This document shows, piece by piece, positions 10,046 through 22,397 of a DNA stretch of 64,000 nt. The first letter of the stretch is position 1; each line of letters opens with the position of its first letter. The position numbers were made by a program, and so were the translations under genes. Source of the stretch: Zwartia sp. (lineage in GTDB: Bacteria; Pseudomonadota; Gammaproteobacteria; Burkholderiales; Burkholderiaceae_B); NCBI RefSeq assembly GCF_049655405.1, contig NZ_JBASJR010000013.1, forward strand, positions 162,968-226,967, in the 5' to 3' direction. The notes beneath the pieces were generated by a model. That model made no database searches and had not been told where the DNA came from. It was given only the letters and a program-made list of their open reading frames with translations.

Positions 10046-10810
10046 ATGGCAATCAGCTCAACAATTGACATCCCGGATATATCCGCGGTACCAAAGCACG
10101 TTGCCATTATTATGGATGGCAACGGCAGATGGGCTGCGAAGCGCTTTTTACCCCGAACTGCGGGACATGCACGGGGCGTTCAGTCCGTTCGCGCTGCAGT
10201 AGAGACTTGCGGCAAGTTAGGCGTGCGCTATCTCACCCTGTTTGCCTTTAGCTCAGAAAACTGGCGTCGCCCTGCTGACGAAGTCTCCTTGTTGATGCGC
10301 TTGTTTGTCCAGGCTCTCGAAAGAGAGGTAACACGATTGCTTGATCAAGGTGTGAGATTGAGAGTAGTGGGCGACCTTTCTGCTTTTGAACCCAAACTTC
10401 AAGAGCTGATTGCCCAAGCCCAAGCAAAAACCGCACACAACGATCATCTTCACCTGACCATTGCTGCCAATTACGGCGGTCGTTGGGATATTTTGCAAGC
10501 CATGAAAAAAATGATGGTTGCGCACCCCAAGTATGGCTCTGAACCCGGACTGATTGATGAGAGCGCTCTTTCAGAACACCTGTCGATGTCTTGGGCGCCT
10601 GAGCCTGATTTATTTATTCGTACAGGCGGAGAGCAGCGCATTTCAAACTTTTTGATTTGGCAACTTGCTTATACAGAACTATTTTTTACCGATTGCTACT
10701 GGCCAGATTTTAGTTCTGACGAGCTGAAAAAAGCGTTTGAGTGGTATCGTCACCGTGAAAGACGATTTGGGCGAACAAGCGCTCAACTTCAATCTCAGAA
10801 AACGAGCTAA
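10046..10810 (+). CDS. uppS: Undecaprenyl (di-trans,poly-cis) diphosphate synthase
   Basis: [13 protein letters not shown] and FSSENWRRP cis-prenyltransferase motifs. Confidence 0.95.
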   Translation: MAISSTIDIPDISAVPKHVAIIMDGNGRWAAKRFLPRTAGHARGVQSVRAAVETCGKLGVRYLTLFAFSSENWRRPADEVSLLMRLFVQALEREVTRLLDQGVRLRVVGDLSAFEPKLQELIAQAQAKTAHNDHLHLTIAANYGGRWDILQAMKKMMVAHPKYGSEPGLIDESALSEHLSMSWAPEPDLFIRTGGEQRISNFLIWQLAYTELFFTDCYWPDFSSDELKKAFEWYRHRERRFGRTSAQLQSQKTS

Positions 10811-10814
10811 ATAC

Positions 10815-11657
10815 ATGCTCAAACAGCGCATCCTTACAGCCATCGTATTATTGATGATCTTGGCTGGCGTGCTTTCATCTGACTCCGCCTGGCCTTTCTT
10901 CGTATTTCTGGCAGTGACCTGTGGCATTGCTGGCTGGGAATGGACACGTCTGACTTTGGGCCGCTCCTCAAGCTATCCGATTTGGCTTGGTGCAGGTCTT
11001 TTTGCTATCACGATGGCGCAAGCTTTTGCTTGGCTAAATCTCGATTTATCCAGCCAACTGGCCGTTCGAGTAAGCGCGGGACTCTGTGTCCTGTTTTGGT
11101 TTATTGCAGTGGGTGGCGCGATCTATCGTGCGCAAGTTCAAGCACCTACAGCACCCATCGCTTGGAGTGTTTTTGCGCTACTCACACTGTTTGCGACCTG
11201 GGGCGTGCTTGCGATCCTTTATCGCACCCACGGAGTGACATATGTGTTGTCTTTACTCATTGTCATATGGGTTGCCGATATCGCCGCATATTTTGTTGGA
11301 CGCGCGTTTGGTCGTCACAAACTTGCTCCGTCTATCAGCCCTGGTAAAACCCGCGAGGGTGCATTAGCAGGAATTGTCGGGGTCGTTATTTGGATACTTG
11401 TCTCTTTCCAATGGCAGGGAAGCTTTGCAGCCGATCTAATGGATCGATGGGGATTGATAAGCACCATCGCATTATCGGTATTGCTAGCAGTTTTTTCTAT
11501 TTGTGGTGACCTTTTCGAGTCCATGCTCAAACGAAGGGCCGGCGTCAAGGACTCCAGTCAACTCCTACCTGGCCATGGCGGATTTTACGATCGGATTGAT
11601 GCTGTGGTGGCAGTTGTGCCACTTGCTTATTTACTGACAGAGGGTTTGAAATTTTGA
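10815..11657 (+). CDS. cdsA: Phosphatidate cytidylyltransferase
   Basis: Polytopic membrane protein with the CdsA signature [30 protein letters not shown] 10815 lies 4 nt after the uppS stop. Confidence 0.9.
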   Translation: MLKQRILTAIVLLMILAGVLSSDSAWPFFVFLAVTCGIAGWEWTRLTLGRSSSYPIWLGAGLFAITMAQAFAWLNLDLSSQLAVRVSAGLCVLFWFIAVGGAIYRAQVQAPTAPIAWSVFALLTLFATWGVLAILYRTHGVTYVLSLLIVIWVADIAAYFVGRAFGRHKLAPSISPGKTREGALAGIVGVVIWILVSFQWQGSFAADLMDRWGLISTIALSVLLAVFSICGDLFESMLKRRAGVKDSSQLLPGHGGFYDRIDAVVAVVPLAYLLTEGLKF

Positions 11658-12850
11658 AAACTCTCAACGTCACAATTTTGGGTTCGACAGGGTCGATTGG
11701 CATCAACACCATTGATGTCATTGCGCGGCACCCAGATCGCTTTTCTGTCTTTGCACTATCAGCACACACACGTATTTCACAACTTGCTGCGCAAGCGCAA
11801 GAAACAAGAGCGAAGGTTGTCGTCGTTCCTACTGATCACGCCGCGCAGATATTTAAGTCTTGCTGGCGTTCAGAGAGCGTCATGCCAGAAATTAGAGTGG
11901 GCAACCATGCACTTGCTCAAACAGCAGCTGATAGCAGGACAGATGTCGTCATGGCCGCGATCGTTGGTGCGGCTGGTTTGCCATCAGCTTTGGCAGCTGC
12001 GCAAGCAGGTAAGCGCGTTCTGCTTGCAAACAAAGAAGCACTTGTGGCTGCAGGTTCATTATTTATGGCGGCTGTTCGCGAGAACGGTGCAGAGCTTTTG
12101 CCCATCGACAGTGAACACAATGCTATTTTTCAATGCTTACCGCACGATGGTCGGGCAAGTGCACCGACAGTACCCGCAGCAGGTGTTCGTCGTTTGATTC
12201 TTACCGCTTCTGGTGGACCTTTTCGCACCAAACGCTGGGAAGAGCTGCATCTTGTCACACCAGAGCAGGCTTGCGCGCATCCAAACTGGAGCATGGGCAA
12301 AAAAATCTCTGTTGACTCAGCGACGATGTTAAATAAAGGACTCGAAGTCATCGAAGCGCACTGGTTATTTGCCATGCCTCCAGAACGCATCAACGTTGTG
12401 ATTCACCCTCAAAGTGTTGTTCACTCAATGGTTGAGTATGAGGATGGTTCGGTGCTTGCCCAACTTGGACAACCCGACATGCGAACGCCGATTGCTTATG
12501 GCCTAGGTTTTCCTGACCGCATAGAGTCAGGCGTTGGCTTACTGGATTTAGCGCTCGCGGGCAGGCTAGATTTTGAACAACCTGATCTCAATCAATTCCC
12601 ATGCCTGAAGTTGTCATTTGATGCGTTATCAAGCGGGCAGGGCGCATGTATTGCACTGAATGCCGCAAATGAAATTGCCGTTGAAGCTTTTTTGGATGCT
12701 AGATTAGCTTACACCTCGATTTCATCGGTGATTGAATCGACGCTGAGCTGGCATGCGGGTCATCCTACACGCTCTTTTCAATCACTCGATGATGTCATGG
12801 CTCTAGACGCCGAGGTGCGTCATCGAGCGGTTGCATTTTTAACGTCGTAG
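11654..12850 (+). CDS. dxr: 1-deoxy-D-xylulose 5-phosphate reductoisomerase
   Basis: [14 protein letters not shown] motif, [20 protein letters not shown] start overlaps the cdsA stop. Confidence 0.95.
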   Translation: MKTLNVTILGSTGSIGINTIDVIARHPDRFSVFALSAHTRISQLAAQAQETRAKVVVVPTDHAAQIFKSCWRSESVMPEIRVGNHALAQTAADSRTDVVMAAIVGAAGLPSALAAAQAGKRVLLANKEALVAAGSLFMAAVRENGAELLPIDSEHNAIFQCLPHDGRASAPTVPAAGVRRLILTASGGPFRTKRWEELHLVTPEQACAHPNWSMGKKISVDSATMLNKGLEVIEAHWLFAMPPERINVVIHPQSVVHSMVEYEDGSVLAQLGQPDMRTPIAYGLGFPDRIESGVGLLDLALAGRLDFEQPDLNQFPCLKLSFDALSSGQGACIALNAANEIAVEAFLDARLAYTSISSVIESTLSWHAGHPTRSFQSLDDVMALDAEVRHRAVAFLTS

Positions 12851-12907
12851 TCATTCGTCTCTCGTTTCGAATGATTGAGCAGTTAACGTATTTTTCTGGC
12901 TGTGAAT

Positions 12908-14293
12908 ATGCTCACAACTCTTATTTCTTTTTTTGTGACGCTTGGCGTACTCATTACTTTTCACGAGCTCGGCCATTATTGGGTGGCGCGTTGGTGTGGA
13001 GTTCGCGTCCTGCGCTTTTCTGTCGGTTTCGGACGTGTACTCATTAAACGGTTCGATCGGAACGGGACTGAGTGGGCGATCTCCGCAATTCCACTGGGCG
13101 GTTACGTCAAGATGCTTGATCAAGATGATTTGGCACCGTCATCTAAGATTTCTTCTTCAGAACACAGCGCGGCGACACATGCCAATCCACCCGGATCTCC
13201 TGACCCAAGGGGGAGCAGCTTTCAATCACAACCTGTTTTAAAGCGTTTTGCTATTGTTGCTGCAGGTCCTGTATTTAATTTGCTTCTTGCTGTGTTTTTA
13301 TACGCCTCAATTAATTTTGTTGGAAACAAAGAACCAGAAGCGGTTTTGGCTCCCCCTACAGCAAATTCACCCGCTGCCATGGCGGGGCTGAAGGGCGGTG
13401 ACAAAGTAGTGGCCATCAATCAGACTGCCATCGCCTCATGGCCTCAATTGCGCTGGAACTTGCTACAAAGGCTTGCAGACGGAGGCGAGGCAGAGATCAC
13501 AATCGAGCGAGGTGGTGCACAACTACATCGAACTCTCCAACTGCCAACCCTGGCCGATCCTTCGCAAGCGGATCCAATGCGTGACCTCGGTTTGGGTCTC
13601 GCTAGCGGCCCTCCTATTGTGCGCTCGGTTGTCGAAGGAAGCGTGGCACAGCGCGCGGGGCTGATTTCTCGGGATCTTATTATTTGTGTTGGCGAGACCA
13701 ACCGTCCAGATATTGGAAGCCTAGTCCAAATTATTCAGAACAATGCCGGCAAACCTCTTGAGCTTGAGGTAGATCGAAATGGGGAAAAACTCAAATTCAT
13801 AGTCACTCCTAGCCCACACACACTAGAAAATGGTCAAACAATCGGGCGCGCAGGCATCCAGCTCGGGGCTGACATACCGATGGTCGAAGTCAGCTATGGG
13901 CCAATCGATAGCCTCGTTCAAGGGGCTATCAAAACATTCGATACCGCATGGTTTTCACTTCGAATGATGGGACGAATGCTGACAGGCGATGTCTCTCTCA
14001 AAAATATTAGTGGGCCTGTCACGATTGCGGACTACGCTGGACAGTCTGTCAAAATTGGCTGGGAGGCCTATATTGCCTTTTTAGCCCTTGTCAGTGTGAG
14101 TCTTGGAATCTTGAATCTATTGCCGATTCCCATGTTGGATGGGGGGCATCTCATGTACTATCTCATCGAGATGGTTCGCGGAAAGCCTGTTACTGACCGT
14201 GTCATGGAGTGGGGGCAGCGCATTGGAGTGAGCCTGCTTGGAGGACTGATGGTTCTGGCTTTATTTAACGATCTAATTCGTATTTTTAACTAG
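12908..14293 (+). CDS. rseP: RIP site-2 zinc metalloprotease RseP
   Basis: HELGHYWVAR (HExxH) in TM1, PDZ-like middle region, C-terminal NLLPIPMLDGGH. ATG 12908 preferred to GTG 12902. Confidence 0.92.
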   Translation: MLTTLISFFVTLGVLITFHELGHYWVARWCGVRVLRFSVGFGRVLIKRFDRNGTEWAISAIPLGGYVKMLDQDDLAPSSKISSSEHSAATHANPPGSPDPRGSSFQSQPVLKRFAIVAAGPVFNLLLAVFLYASINFVGNKEPEAVLAPPTANSPAAMAGLKGGDKVVAINQTAIASWPQLRWNLLQRLADGGEAEITIERGGAQLHRTLQLPTLADPSQADPMRDLGLGLASGPPIVRSVVEGSVAQRAGLISRDLIICVGETNRPDIGSLVQIIQNNAGKPLELEVDRNGEKLKFIVTPSPHTLENGQTIGRAGIQLGADIPMVEVSYGPIDSLVQGAIKTFDTAWFSLRMMGRMLTGDVSLKNISGPVTIADYAGQSVKIGWEAYIAFLALVSVSLGILNLLPIPMLDGGHLMYYLIEMVRGKPVTDRVMEWGQRIGVSLLGGLMVLALFNDLIRIFN

Positions 14294-14373
14294 CCCATTT
14301 TGACTTAAAATTCGTTGTTCGCTGTTTTTGCGATTGTTTTACTCATTCAAATAAATACTAAGGATTACCCGGG

Positions 14374-16716
14374 ATGCTCGCTCGATTGCCCTATATGTTT
14401 GACAAAAGCCTGCGTTTACTTGCGCTTGCATTGTGTCAGGTGCTGTTGATTGCATCGCTGATGTCTCCACAGTCCGCACAGGCATTTGAGCCTTTTGTGG
14501 TGAGCGACATCAGAGTCGAGGGCATGCAACGCACAGAACCGGGTTCAATTTTTGCTCAGTTACCCTTCAAAGTCGGACAAAGGTTTACTGAAGATCTCGC
14601 GACAGAATCCGTACGAAAACTCTATGCAACCGGGTTGTATGCAGACGTTCGGATCCAGACTGCCAACCGAGTGGTGGTCGTTGCAGTTCAAGAGCGTCCA
14701 ACCATCGCCGCGATTACCTTTACAGGAATGAAAGAGTTTGAGCCCGAAGCCATCACGGGCAATCTCAAGCAAGTAGGTTTTGCTCAAGGACGCGTCTTTG
14801 ATCAGTCAATGCTTGAGCAAGCGCAATTTGAGCTTCGTCAGGCATATCTCAACAAAGGTAAATACGCTGTCGAAATTTCCCCAACTGTCACGCCCTTGCC
14901 ACGTAATAGAGTTGGTATCAACTTTGACCTCTTTGAGGGTGGTGTCTCGCGTATTCGTGAAATCAACATCGTTGGCAACTCAGCCTTTTCTCAAAGCCGC
15001 TTACGAGACCTGATGTCTTTGACGACTCCCGGCTGGCTCACTTGGTATACCGATGCAGACAAATATTCACGTGAAAAGTTAGAGCGTGACGTCGAAGCGA
15101 TCAAGTCTTTCTACCTTGATCGCGGATATCTCGAATTCAAGATTGAACCGCCTCAAGTTTCAATCTCAGGTGATCGGCAAGACATCTTTATTACGCTGAC
15201 CTTGACTGAAGGCAAGCCCTACACTGTTTCGGAAGTCAAACTCGCAGGCGAGTTGCTGGGCCTTGAGAGTGAAATCAAAGAGCTCGTGCAGTTAAAGTCA
15301 GGTCAAGTTTTTTCTGGTGCTAAAACCAATGCAACGGCTAAAGGGATTTCAGATTACTTAGGTGGTTTGGGTTATGCCTTTGCCAACGTGAACCCCAATC
15401 CTGTTCTGGATCGCGAAAACCAAACAGCTGAGGTGACCTTCTACGTAGACCCCAACCGTCGCGTATATGTTCGTCGCGTTCAAATTGTCGGTAACCACAG
15501 ATCCAAAGATGAAGTGATTCGACGCGAGGTCCGTCAACCCGAAGCTGCTTGGTATGACTCTGGCAAGATCAAACTTTCACGTGACCGGCTCGACCGAGTG
15601 GGTTACTTCAAAGACATCAAAGTCGGTACCGAACCCGTTCCTGGTTCTCCTGATCAAGTTGACATCAACCTGACTGTCGAAGAAAAGCCCACTGGCATGC
15701 TGAATTTGGGCGTAGGTTACGGGCAAGTCGATGGCGTCATTCTGTCAGCCGGTATTACTGAAGAAAACGTTTTTGGTAGCGGTACCAACTTGACGCTCAA
15801 CCTCAATACGAGCGCGTCGAACCGAAGCGCAGTGTTAGCTCATACAGATCCGTTTTTCACTAATGACGGCGTCAGCCGAACCTCGTCCATTTACTACCGT
15901 ACGGTGACACCTTATTCCAACAACCCCGGAAACTACAAGGTCACAACAGGTGGTCTTGGTTTGAACTTTGGTGTGCCAATTACTGAGTTTGACAGGATCT
16001 TTCTGGGTGTCAGCCTTGAGCGTAACTCAATTGGTTTGTTCGATAACTCTCCGCTGGCGTACCGCGAATATGTGAGGGATTACGGCGAAACCACAACAGC
16101 TGCGATTCTGAACACAGGCTGGGCCAAGGATACCCGAGACAGCGCACTCAGCCCGACAAAAGGTTCTTTCACACGCTTAAAGCTTGATGTGGGCACTGGC
16201 AGCCTCGATTACTACATGTTGGGTGCCCAGTATCAGGGCTACGTTCCTGTTGGTCGTGACTTTACGCTTGCCTTTAATGGAATGTTTGACTTTGGTAACA
16301 GCTACAAAACTGATTTGCCTTATCCAATCATTAAAAACATTTACGCCGGCGGTATTGGTACGGTAAGAGGTTACTCACAAAACTCGCTCGGCCCAACTGA
16401 CCCTATCACGGGAACTTACTTGGGTGGATCTAAGCGGGTAGTGGGCAACATACAGTTTTATCTTCCGTTCCCAGGTAGCCAACAAGACAGAACCTTGCGC
16501 TGGTTTGCCTTCGCAGATGGTGGACAGGTTTTTGGTACTGATGGTTTTGGCAACGATACAGCGATTGATTTTGGTCAAATGAGATACTCTGCAGGTATCG
16601 GTTTATCCTGGATTTCACCACTTGGCCCGCTCCAGTTGTCCTTTGCCCGTCCTCTAAACTCGAAACCTGGTGACAACACACAAATCTTCCAGTTTCAAAT
16701 CGGTACCGGATTCTAA
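14374..16716 (+). CDS. bamA: Outer membrane protein assembly factor BamA
   Basis: 780 aa with signal peptide and POTRA-type repeats (IRVEG..., IVGN...), C-terminal beta-barrel ending in Phe (QIGTGF). Confidence 0.95.
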   Translation: MLARLPYMFDKSLRLLALALCQVLLIASLMSPQSAQAFEPFVVSDIRVEGMQRTEPGSIFAQLPFKVGQRFTEDLATESVRKLYATGLYADVRIQTANRVVVVAVQERPTIAAITFTGMKEFEPEAITGNLKQVGFAQGRVFDQSMLEQAQFELRQAYLNKGKYAVEISPTVTPLPRNRVGINFDLFEGGVSRIREINIVGNSAFSQSRLRDLMSLTTPGWLTWYTDADKYSREKLERDVEAIKSFYLDRGYLEFKIEPPQVSISGDRQDIFITLTLTEGKPYTVSEVKLAGELLGLESEIKELVQLKSGQVFSGAKTNATAKGISDYLGGLGYAFANVNPNPVLDRENQTAEVTFYVDPNRRVYVRRVQIVGNHRSKDEVIRREVRQPEAAWYDSGKIKLSRDRLDRVGYFKDIKVGTEPVPGSPDQVDINLTVEEKPTGMLNLGVGYGQVDGVILSAGITEENVFGSGTNLTLNLNTSASNRSAVLAHTDPFFTNDGVSRTSSIYYRTVTPYSNNPGNYKVTTGGLGLNFGVPITEFDRIFLGVSLERNSIGLFDNSPLAYREYVRDYGETTTAAILNTGWAKDTRDSALSPTKGSFTRLKLDVGTGSLDYYMLGAQYQGYVPVGRDFTLAFNGMFDFGNSYKTDLPYPIIKNIYAGGIGTVRGYSQNSLGPTDPITGTYLGGSKRVVGNIQFYLPFPGSQQDRTLRWFAFADGGQVFGTDGFGNDTAIDFGQMRYSAGIGLSWISPLGPLQLSFARPLNSKPGDNTQIFQFQIGTGF

Positions 16717-16784
16717 GCAGTTTTCCTCGATCGTTTAGTGGCACAATACTAACTTGTACTTTTGTTTATCGTGAGAATTACATA

Positions 16785-17351
16785 ATGGTTTCATCCTCAG
16801 TTTCCCCAGTTCCAATGCGCACTCACTTTGCGACTTTTACCCGTCAAACGATGGTCTGGGTGATGACTCTGACCTGTTTGGCGTTGGCGTTGACGTTTAG
16901 TCATTCTGTGCGCGCTCAGGGCTCAAAAGTCGGTTTTGTGAATACTGAGCGTATTCTTAGGGACTCAGTGCCTGCTAAAGCAGCACAAACCAAAATCGAA
17001 GCTGAATTCAAAAAGCGCGAAGAAGAAATCCAACGTTTGGGAAACAGCTTACGTACTGCCGCCCAAAAGTTTGAAAAAGATGCCCCTGTGCTGTCTGAAT
17101 CAGATCGTAACAAGCGTCAACGCGAACTTGCTAGTCTCGATGCTGACTTGCAGCGTAAGCGCCGCGAGCTTCAAGAGGACTTTAACCGTCGTCGTAACGA
17201 AGAGTTTGCAACCATTATCGAGCGTGCAAATGCTGCGATTAAACGTATCGCCGAAAAAGACGATTACGACATGATTTTGCAAGATGCTGTCACTGTGAAT
17301 CCTCGCGCTGATATTACTGACAAGGTAATTCAGGCGTTAGGTACAAAATAA
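16785..17351 (+). CDS. skp: Periplasmic chaperone Skp (OmpH family)
   Basis: Signal peptide followed by charged coiled coil (KVGFVNTERIL...EAEFKKREEEIQRL). Conserved position between bamA and lpxD. Start uncertain (ATGs at 16785, 16815, 16851). Confidence 0.8.
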   Translation: MVSSSVSPVPMRTHFATFTRQTMVWVMTLTCLALALTFSHSVRAQGSKVGFVNTERILRDSVPAKAAQTKIEAEFKKREEEIQRLGNSLRTAAQKFEKDAPVLSESDRNKRQRELASLDADLQRKRRELQEDFNRRRNEEFATIIERANAAIKRIAEKDDYDMILQDAVTVNPRADITDKVIQALGTK

Positions 17352-17363
17352 CTAACCGCATCT

Positions 17364-18458
17364 ATGCCCGTTCTGTTAGACCCGGCACGGGCACCCATAC
17401 TCTCTGAACTATTGCGTGCCGTTCCTGGCGGCTTAGTTCAGAGTGTGGTGCCTGGCTCTGGGCATCACACTGATCCTCGCATTGCTGGGTTGGGATCTCT
17501 TGCGCATGCCTCTGAGCTTGAGATTTCTTTTATTGTTCATCCTAAATACCTCGATCATTTAGCCCGAACACGTGCCTGCACGGTGATTGTGCTTCCAGAA
17601 ATCGAAGAGAAACTCTCACAGGCTGTTCCTCCTCCATCATTTGCAAGAGTCATTTGCAAGCACCCCTATCTTTTGTATGCGCGCATTGCTCAATGGTTTG
17701 AGTGGGCGAGACGTCCAGCTTACGAACCCAGCATACACCCCTCTGCCATTGTTGATCCTACTGCGCAGATCGATCCCAGCGCATTGATTGGTCCTCATGC
17801 GGTCATTGGCGCGAGATGTACGGTTGGGGCGATGACCCAAATTGGAGCAGGGTGCTACCTTGGTGACGATGTTGAAATCGGTGCATCTTCCGTACTCTAT
17901 CCCCGTGTGTCAATTTATTACGGTGTCAAAGTAGGTGACCGTGCCATCATTCATAGTGGGGTGGTATTGGGCGCAGACGGCTTTGGCTTTGCACCTGACC
18001 CAACACTCTCCAAAGGCGCATGGGGGAAAATCCCTCAACTAGGCGTTGTTTTAATTGGTCATGATGTAGAAATTGGTGCGAATACGACGATTGATCGTGG
18101 TGCCCTCGACAACACCATTGTCGCTGATGGCGTCAAAATCGATAACCACGTCATGATTGGTCATAACTGCCAGATTGGTGCCCACACAGCCATTGCCGCA
18201 TGCGTGGGCGTCGCCGGCTCAACCATCATCGGTTCGCGTTGCACGATTGGTGGGATGGCCGGCATTTCTGGCCACTTAATCATTGGTGATGACGTACATA
18301 TTTCAGGTGGTACAGGAGTCATTGCCAGTATTGATACGCCTGGAAGATATACCGGGGTGTACCCGTTTGCCGAACATAAAGAGTGGCAACGCAATGCGGC
18401 AGTGATCACCCAACTCTCTACGTTGCGCAAGCGCGTGAGAGCACTCGAACGCGAATAA
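17364..18458 (+). CDS. lpxD: UDP-3-O-acylglucosamine N-acyltransferase
   Basis: Left-handed beta-helix hexapeptide repeats, 364 aa, canonical position before fabZ-lpxA-lpxB. Confidence 0.93.
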   Translation: MPVLLDPARAPILSELLRAVPGGLVQSVVPGSGHHTDPRIAGLGSLAHASELEISFIVHPKYLDHLARTRACTVIVLPEIEEKLSQAVPPPSFARVICKHPYLLYARIAQWFEWARRPAYEPSIHPSAIVDPTAQIDPSALIGPHAVIGARCTVGAMTQIGAGCYLGDDVEIGASSVLYPRVSIYYGVKVGDRAIIHSGVVLGADGFGFAPDPTLSKGAWGKIPQLGVVLIGHDVEIGANTTIDRGALDNTIVADGVKIDNHVMIGHNCQIGAHTAIAACVGVAGSTIIGSRCTIGGMAGISGHLIIGDDVHISGGTGVIASIDTPGRYTGVYPFAEHKEWQRNAAVITQLSTLRKRVRALERE

Positions 18459-18532
18459 CGTATCTGTGTCTATTGAACTTTGGCTATTATTGCTAAGTTT
18501 TTTAAAATTTTATGAAGCACCTAGGATAAGCG

Positions 18533-18985
18533 ATGCAACTTGATATCAAAAGTATTCTTGAACGGCTTCCGCACCGTTACCCAATGTTGCTGATTGACCG
18601 TGTGATTGACATGGTTCCAGGTAAATCTATTAAGGCCCTCAAAAATGTCTCGATCAATGAGCCTTTTTTTACCGGTCACTTTCCTCATCATCCTGTTATG
18701 CCAGGTGTATTGATTCTCGAAGCAATGGCTCAAGCCGCTGCTATTTTTTCGTTTGCGGACGAGACTGGCCTCAAGCCAAAAGACGAAGAAATACTTTATT
18801 ATTTTGTCGGTATTGATGGTGCTCGTTTCCGCAAACCTGTTTTGCCTGGCGACCAACTACATATCGAAGTCGTGGCCGAACGACTCGGTCGTACGATATG
18901 CAAATATCAAGGCCATGCTTTTGTCGATGGTCAAGAAGTCGCTGAAGCCAAACTGATGTGCGCCATCAGACCAATGGAAAAATAA
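18533..18985 (+). CDS. fabZ: 3-hydroxyacyl-ACP dehydratase FabZ
   Basis: [13 protein letters not shown] and [16 protein letters not shown] hot-dog motifs, 150 aa. Confidence 0.96.
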   Translation: MQLDIKSILERLPHRYPMLLIDRVIDMVPGKSIKALKNVSINEPFFTGHFPHHPVMPGVLILEAMAQAAAIFSFADETGLKPKDEEILYYFVGIDGARFRKPVLPGDQLHIEVVAERLGRTICKYQGHAFVDGQEVAEAKLMCAIRPMEK

Positions 18986-19780
18986 ATGACTGCGCTGATC
19001 CATCCGACCGCTCTCATCGATTCAAATGCCCAATTGCATCCTTCTGTATCTGTGGGTGCCTACTCAATCGTTGGGCCTCATGTCACTATTGGCGCGGATA
19101 CGATAGTGGGACCCCACTGTGTCATCGATGGGCACACCCTCATTGGCCAAGGCAATCATTTTTATCGCTTTTGCTCAGTTGGCGGTATGCCGCAGGACAA
19201 AAAATATGCAGGCGAACCCACTCGCTTGGAAATAGGCGACCGAAATATGGTTCGCGAGTACGTCACCATCAACACCGGCACCGTTCAAGATGTCGGCGTT
19301 ACTCGACTTGGCTCCGACAATTGGGTGATGGCTTACGTTCATGTCGCGCACGACTGCCAAGTCGGTAGTCACACCATTTTGGCTAATGGGGTGCAGATGG
19401 GAGGGCACGTCTACATTGGTGACTGGGCAATCGTGGGTGGACTGGCCGCTGTTCATCAGTTTGGCAAAATCGGCGCTCACAGCATGACTGGCGGGCAGAG
19501 TGCGTTGCACATGGATATTCCTCCCTATGTCATGGGTTCCGGTAATCCTTGTGTTCCCGTTGGGATCAACGTCGAAGGACTCAAACGGCGCGGTTTTAGT
19601 GCTGAGTCAATTAGCGCTTTACGCGACGCCTATAAGCTGATTTATCGACGTGGTCTTTCCCTCAGCGAGGCGTGCATTGAAATTCGTACGAGACAACAAA
19701 AAGAGCCTGAGGTGGCGGCAGCGTTGCAACCACTTCTAGATTTTGTTGAATCCAGTGCTCGGGGCATTATTCGCCCATGA
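18986..19780 (+). CDS. lpxA: Acyl-ACP--UDP-N-acetylglucosamine O-acyltransferase
   Basis: Hexapeptide repeats; IHPTALID start; C-terminal helical domain; begins directly after the fabZ stop. Confidence 0.95.
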   Translation: MTALIHPTALIDSNAQLHPSVSVGAYSIVGPHVTIGADTIVGPHCVIDGHTLIGQGNHFYRFCSVGGMPQDKKYAGEPTRLEIGDRNMVREYVTINTGTVQDVGVTRLGSDNWVMAYVHVAHDCQVGSHTILANGVQMGGHVYIGDWAIVGGLAAVHQFGKIGAHSMTGGQSALHMDIPPYVMGSGNPCVPVGINVEGLKRRGFSAESISALRDAYKLIYRRGLSLSEACIEIRTRQQKEPEVAAALQPLLDFVESSARGIIRP

Positions 19781-20973
19781 CGTGGCGGCTTGGGCTGATT
19801 GCGGGCGAGCCTTCGGGCGATCTGATCGCAGCAAAGGCTTTAGCCGGCCTCAAACTGATTGACCCACAGGTTAGGCCCGAAGGTATCGGAGGGCCGCATT
19901 TAGCCGCAGCAGGTTTAGATATCTGGCATCCCATGCATGCGCTCAGCGTGTTTGGATATGTTGATGCCATCAAACGCTTCCCATCCCTCGTTCGTATTTA
20001 CAGTGATGTCAAAAATCGCTGGCTGCGTGAACCTCCCGCAGTTTTTCTTGGTGTCGACGCTCCCGATTTCAACTTACGCCTAGAGCATCGCCTGCGGCGT
20101 GAAGGTGTGCCAACCATCCACTTTGTCGGCCCCTCGATTTGGGCTTGGCGTTATGAGCGCATTCATTACATCCGCGAAGCGGTATCACACATGTTAGTGC
20201 TATTTCCCTTTGAACAAGCAATATACGAAAAGGAAGGGATACCTGTTACGTACGTAGGCCACCCGATGGCGGATGCTATCCCGATTGAACCTAATCAGTT
20301 TGCAGCGAGAGAGCGTTTAGGACTGAATCAACAAGCACGTATTGTGGCCATTTTGCCTGGTAGTAGAGCTTCTGAAATTAAGCTGCTTGCTCCACGCTTT
20401 TTACAAGCGGCGCAATTATTGCAAAAAACTGACCCTACACTTCAATTCGTGGTGCCGATGGTCAATGTTCATCGTGCTAAAGAATTTGAAGAGTATCTAA
20501 AACAATTTCCAGTTAAAAATATTCGAACTGTCATGGCGCAAGAGCAAGCCATCGGTATCGCTGATCCGATCGCGTGGTCTGTTTTAGAGGCCTGTGATGT
20601 TGCACTTGTTGCGAGTGGAACAGCAACACTTGAAACAGCACTATTCAAAAAACCGATGGTGATTTCCTATGCAGTGTCACCACTTGTCAGAAAAGTAATG
20701 GCTTGGAAATCCGGACAACAACGACCTTATCTTCCTTGGGTGGGTTTGCCGAATGTCTTGCTCAATGACTTTGCTGTACCAGAACTTATTCAAGAAGATG
20801 CGACACCTGATAATCTGGCCCGTGAGATATCGAGCCTGTTACGTGATGAGCAGAGGTGCGAACGCATTCGCATCCGCTTTACCGAATTGCACCATACACT
20901 TCGTTGCAATACGCCTGTGCGGGTGGCTCAAGCGATTGAGTCCGTGATCCAGCAACAGCGCTCAAGCACTTGA
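19777..20973 (+). CDS. lpxB: Lipid-A-disaccharide synthase
   Basis: [10 protein letters not shown]-terminal motif, 398 aa, 4-nt overlap with lpxA. Confidence 0.93.
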   Translation: MTWRLGLIAGEPSGDLIAAKALAGLKLIDPQVRPEGIGGPHLAAAGLDIWHPMHALSVFGYVDAIKRFPSLVRIYSDVKNRWLREPPAVFLGVDAPDFNLRLEHRLRREGVPTIHFVGPSIWAWRYERIHYIREAVSHMLVLFPFEQAIYEKEGIPVTYVGHPMADAIPIEPNQFAARERLGLNQQARIVAILPGSRASEIKLLAPRFLQAAQLLQKTDPTLQFVVPMVNVHRAKEFEEYLKQFPVKNIRTVMAQEQAIGIADPIAWSVLEACDVALVASGTATLETALFKKPMVISYAVSPLVRKVMAWKSGQQRPYLPWVGLPNVLLNDFAVPELIQEDATPDNLAREISSLLRDEQRCERIRIRFTELHHTLRCNTPVRVAQAIESVIQQQRSST

Positions 20974-21611
20974 CGCCTACGATGCCAAAATTTTCTGCTC
21001 AAGTATCTCAAGTCAGTCTGTTTGACTTAAAAGTAGAGGGCGACGCATACGCAGCGGGTGTAGATGAGGCCGGCAGAGGGCCTCTTGCCGGCGATGTCTA
21101 TGCTGCTGCGGTCATCTTAGATGCCGGTTACAACATTGAAGGTCTTGCAGACTCTAAAACTCTATCTGAAAAAAAACGAGTGTTGTTGGCCGAACAAATT
21201 AAAGCTCACGCTTTAAGCTGGTCAATTGCCGTTGCAACGGTCGAGGAAATTGATCGACTCAATATTTTACAAGCGACACTACTCGCCATGAAACGAGCAG
21301 TTGAGGGGTTGTCCGTTCAGCCTGCACTTGCATGGGTAGACGGAAACCAATCTCCGCGTTTATCTTGTCGGGTACAAACAGTCATTAAAGGCGACTCACT
21401 TATCCCTGCAATCTCTGCCGCATCTATTCTTGCAAAAACGGCACGAGACGAAGACCTTCAGCGCTTACACTTACTTTATCCTCAATATGCCTTTGATCAA
21501 CACAAAGGTTATGGGACAGCTTTACACATGGCACGACTCAAGCAGTATGGCCCGAGTCCAGTGCACCGCCGCAGTTTTGCCCCGGTGCGCGCCTGTTTGG
21601 AATCAAAATGA
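20970..21611 (+). CDS. rnhB: Ribonuclease HII
   Basis: [14 protein letters not shown] catalytic motif and [10 protein letters not shown]. Overlaps the lpxB stop. Confidence 0.93.
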   Translation: MTPTMPKFSAQVSQVSLFDLKVEGDAYAAGVDEAGRGPLAGDVYAAAVILDAGYNIEGLADSKTLSEKKRVLLAEQIKAHALSWSIAVATVEEIDRLNILQATLLAMKRAVEGLSVQPALAWVDGNQSPRLSCRVQTVIKGDSLIPAISAASILAKTARDEDLQRLHLLYPQYAFDQHKGYGTALHMARLKQYGPSPVHRRSFAPVRACLESK

Positions 21612-22387
21612 AACATATCGAGTCTCGCTCTAATCCGCTCTATAAACAACTGTATAAGTGGCAATCTAGTGCCGGCAGACGTGATGAGCCCGTATTGCTC
21701 GAAGGTGTCAATCTTTGCGAGTCTTGGCTCGGAATGGGTAAACAACCTAAATATGCTATTTTTGATTTGGAGCGAGTCGGTCAAGCGCACCTTACCGGCC
21801 TGATCGACAAGCTCAATCCAGAGGTTTGCCTGACCATGTCTGGCTCGTTGCTCGGTAACCTGTCGAATGTAGATACAGATCAGGGGGTTTTATTTGTTGC
21901 ACAACCCACTATTCATCCTATCCCTGAGAAAATTTCTGAATCGATTGTGATGCTTGATCGCCTCCAAGATCCAGGTAATGTTGGTGCCATCTTAAGAACC
22001 TGTGCAGCGGCAGGAATCAAGCGCGTCTTTGCGTCTGTTGGAACAGCGGGGCTGTGGTCACCAAAAGTTTTGCGAAGTGCGCAGGGTGCACACTTTGTCC
22101 TTAAATTGCATGAACAGTCAAATTTGATGTCACTGACAGAATCACTGGCGATTCCTTTGATCGTGACAACGCTTGAGGATGCCAGTGATCTTCACAAAAC
22201 TGTTTTGCCCAAACAAGCAGCATGGGTATTTGGCAATGAGGGGCAGGGCGTTGCCGAAGATCTGCTTTCACGCGCCGACATACGCGTCAAAATCATGCAT
22301 GACAAAGCAGTGGAGTCACTCAATGTGACTGTTGCCTCAGGTGTCTGTCTGTTTGAGCAACGACGTCAGCACAGCTCAGTCAAATAA
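21608..22387 (+). CDS. TrmH/SpoU-family RNA 2'-O-methyltransferase
   Basis: SpoU motifs [30 protein letters not shown] and [14 protein letters not shown] overlap with rnhB. Confidence 0.8.
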   Translation: MKHIESRSNPLYKQLYKWQSSAGRRDEPVLLEGVNLCESWLGMGKQPKYAIFDLERVGQAHLTGLIDKLNPEVCLTMSGSLLGNLSNVDTDQGVLFVAQPTIHPIPEKISESIVMLDRLQDPGNVGAILRTCAAAGIKRVFASVGTAGLWSPKVLRSAQGAHFVLKLHEQSNLMSLTESLAIPLIVTTLEDASDLHKTVLPKQAAWVFGNEGQGVAEDLLSRADIRVKIMHDKAVESLNVTVASGVCLFEQRRQHSSVK

Positions 22388-22397
22388 TGTCTGAGGC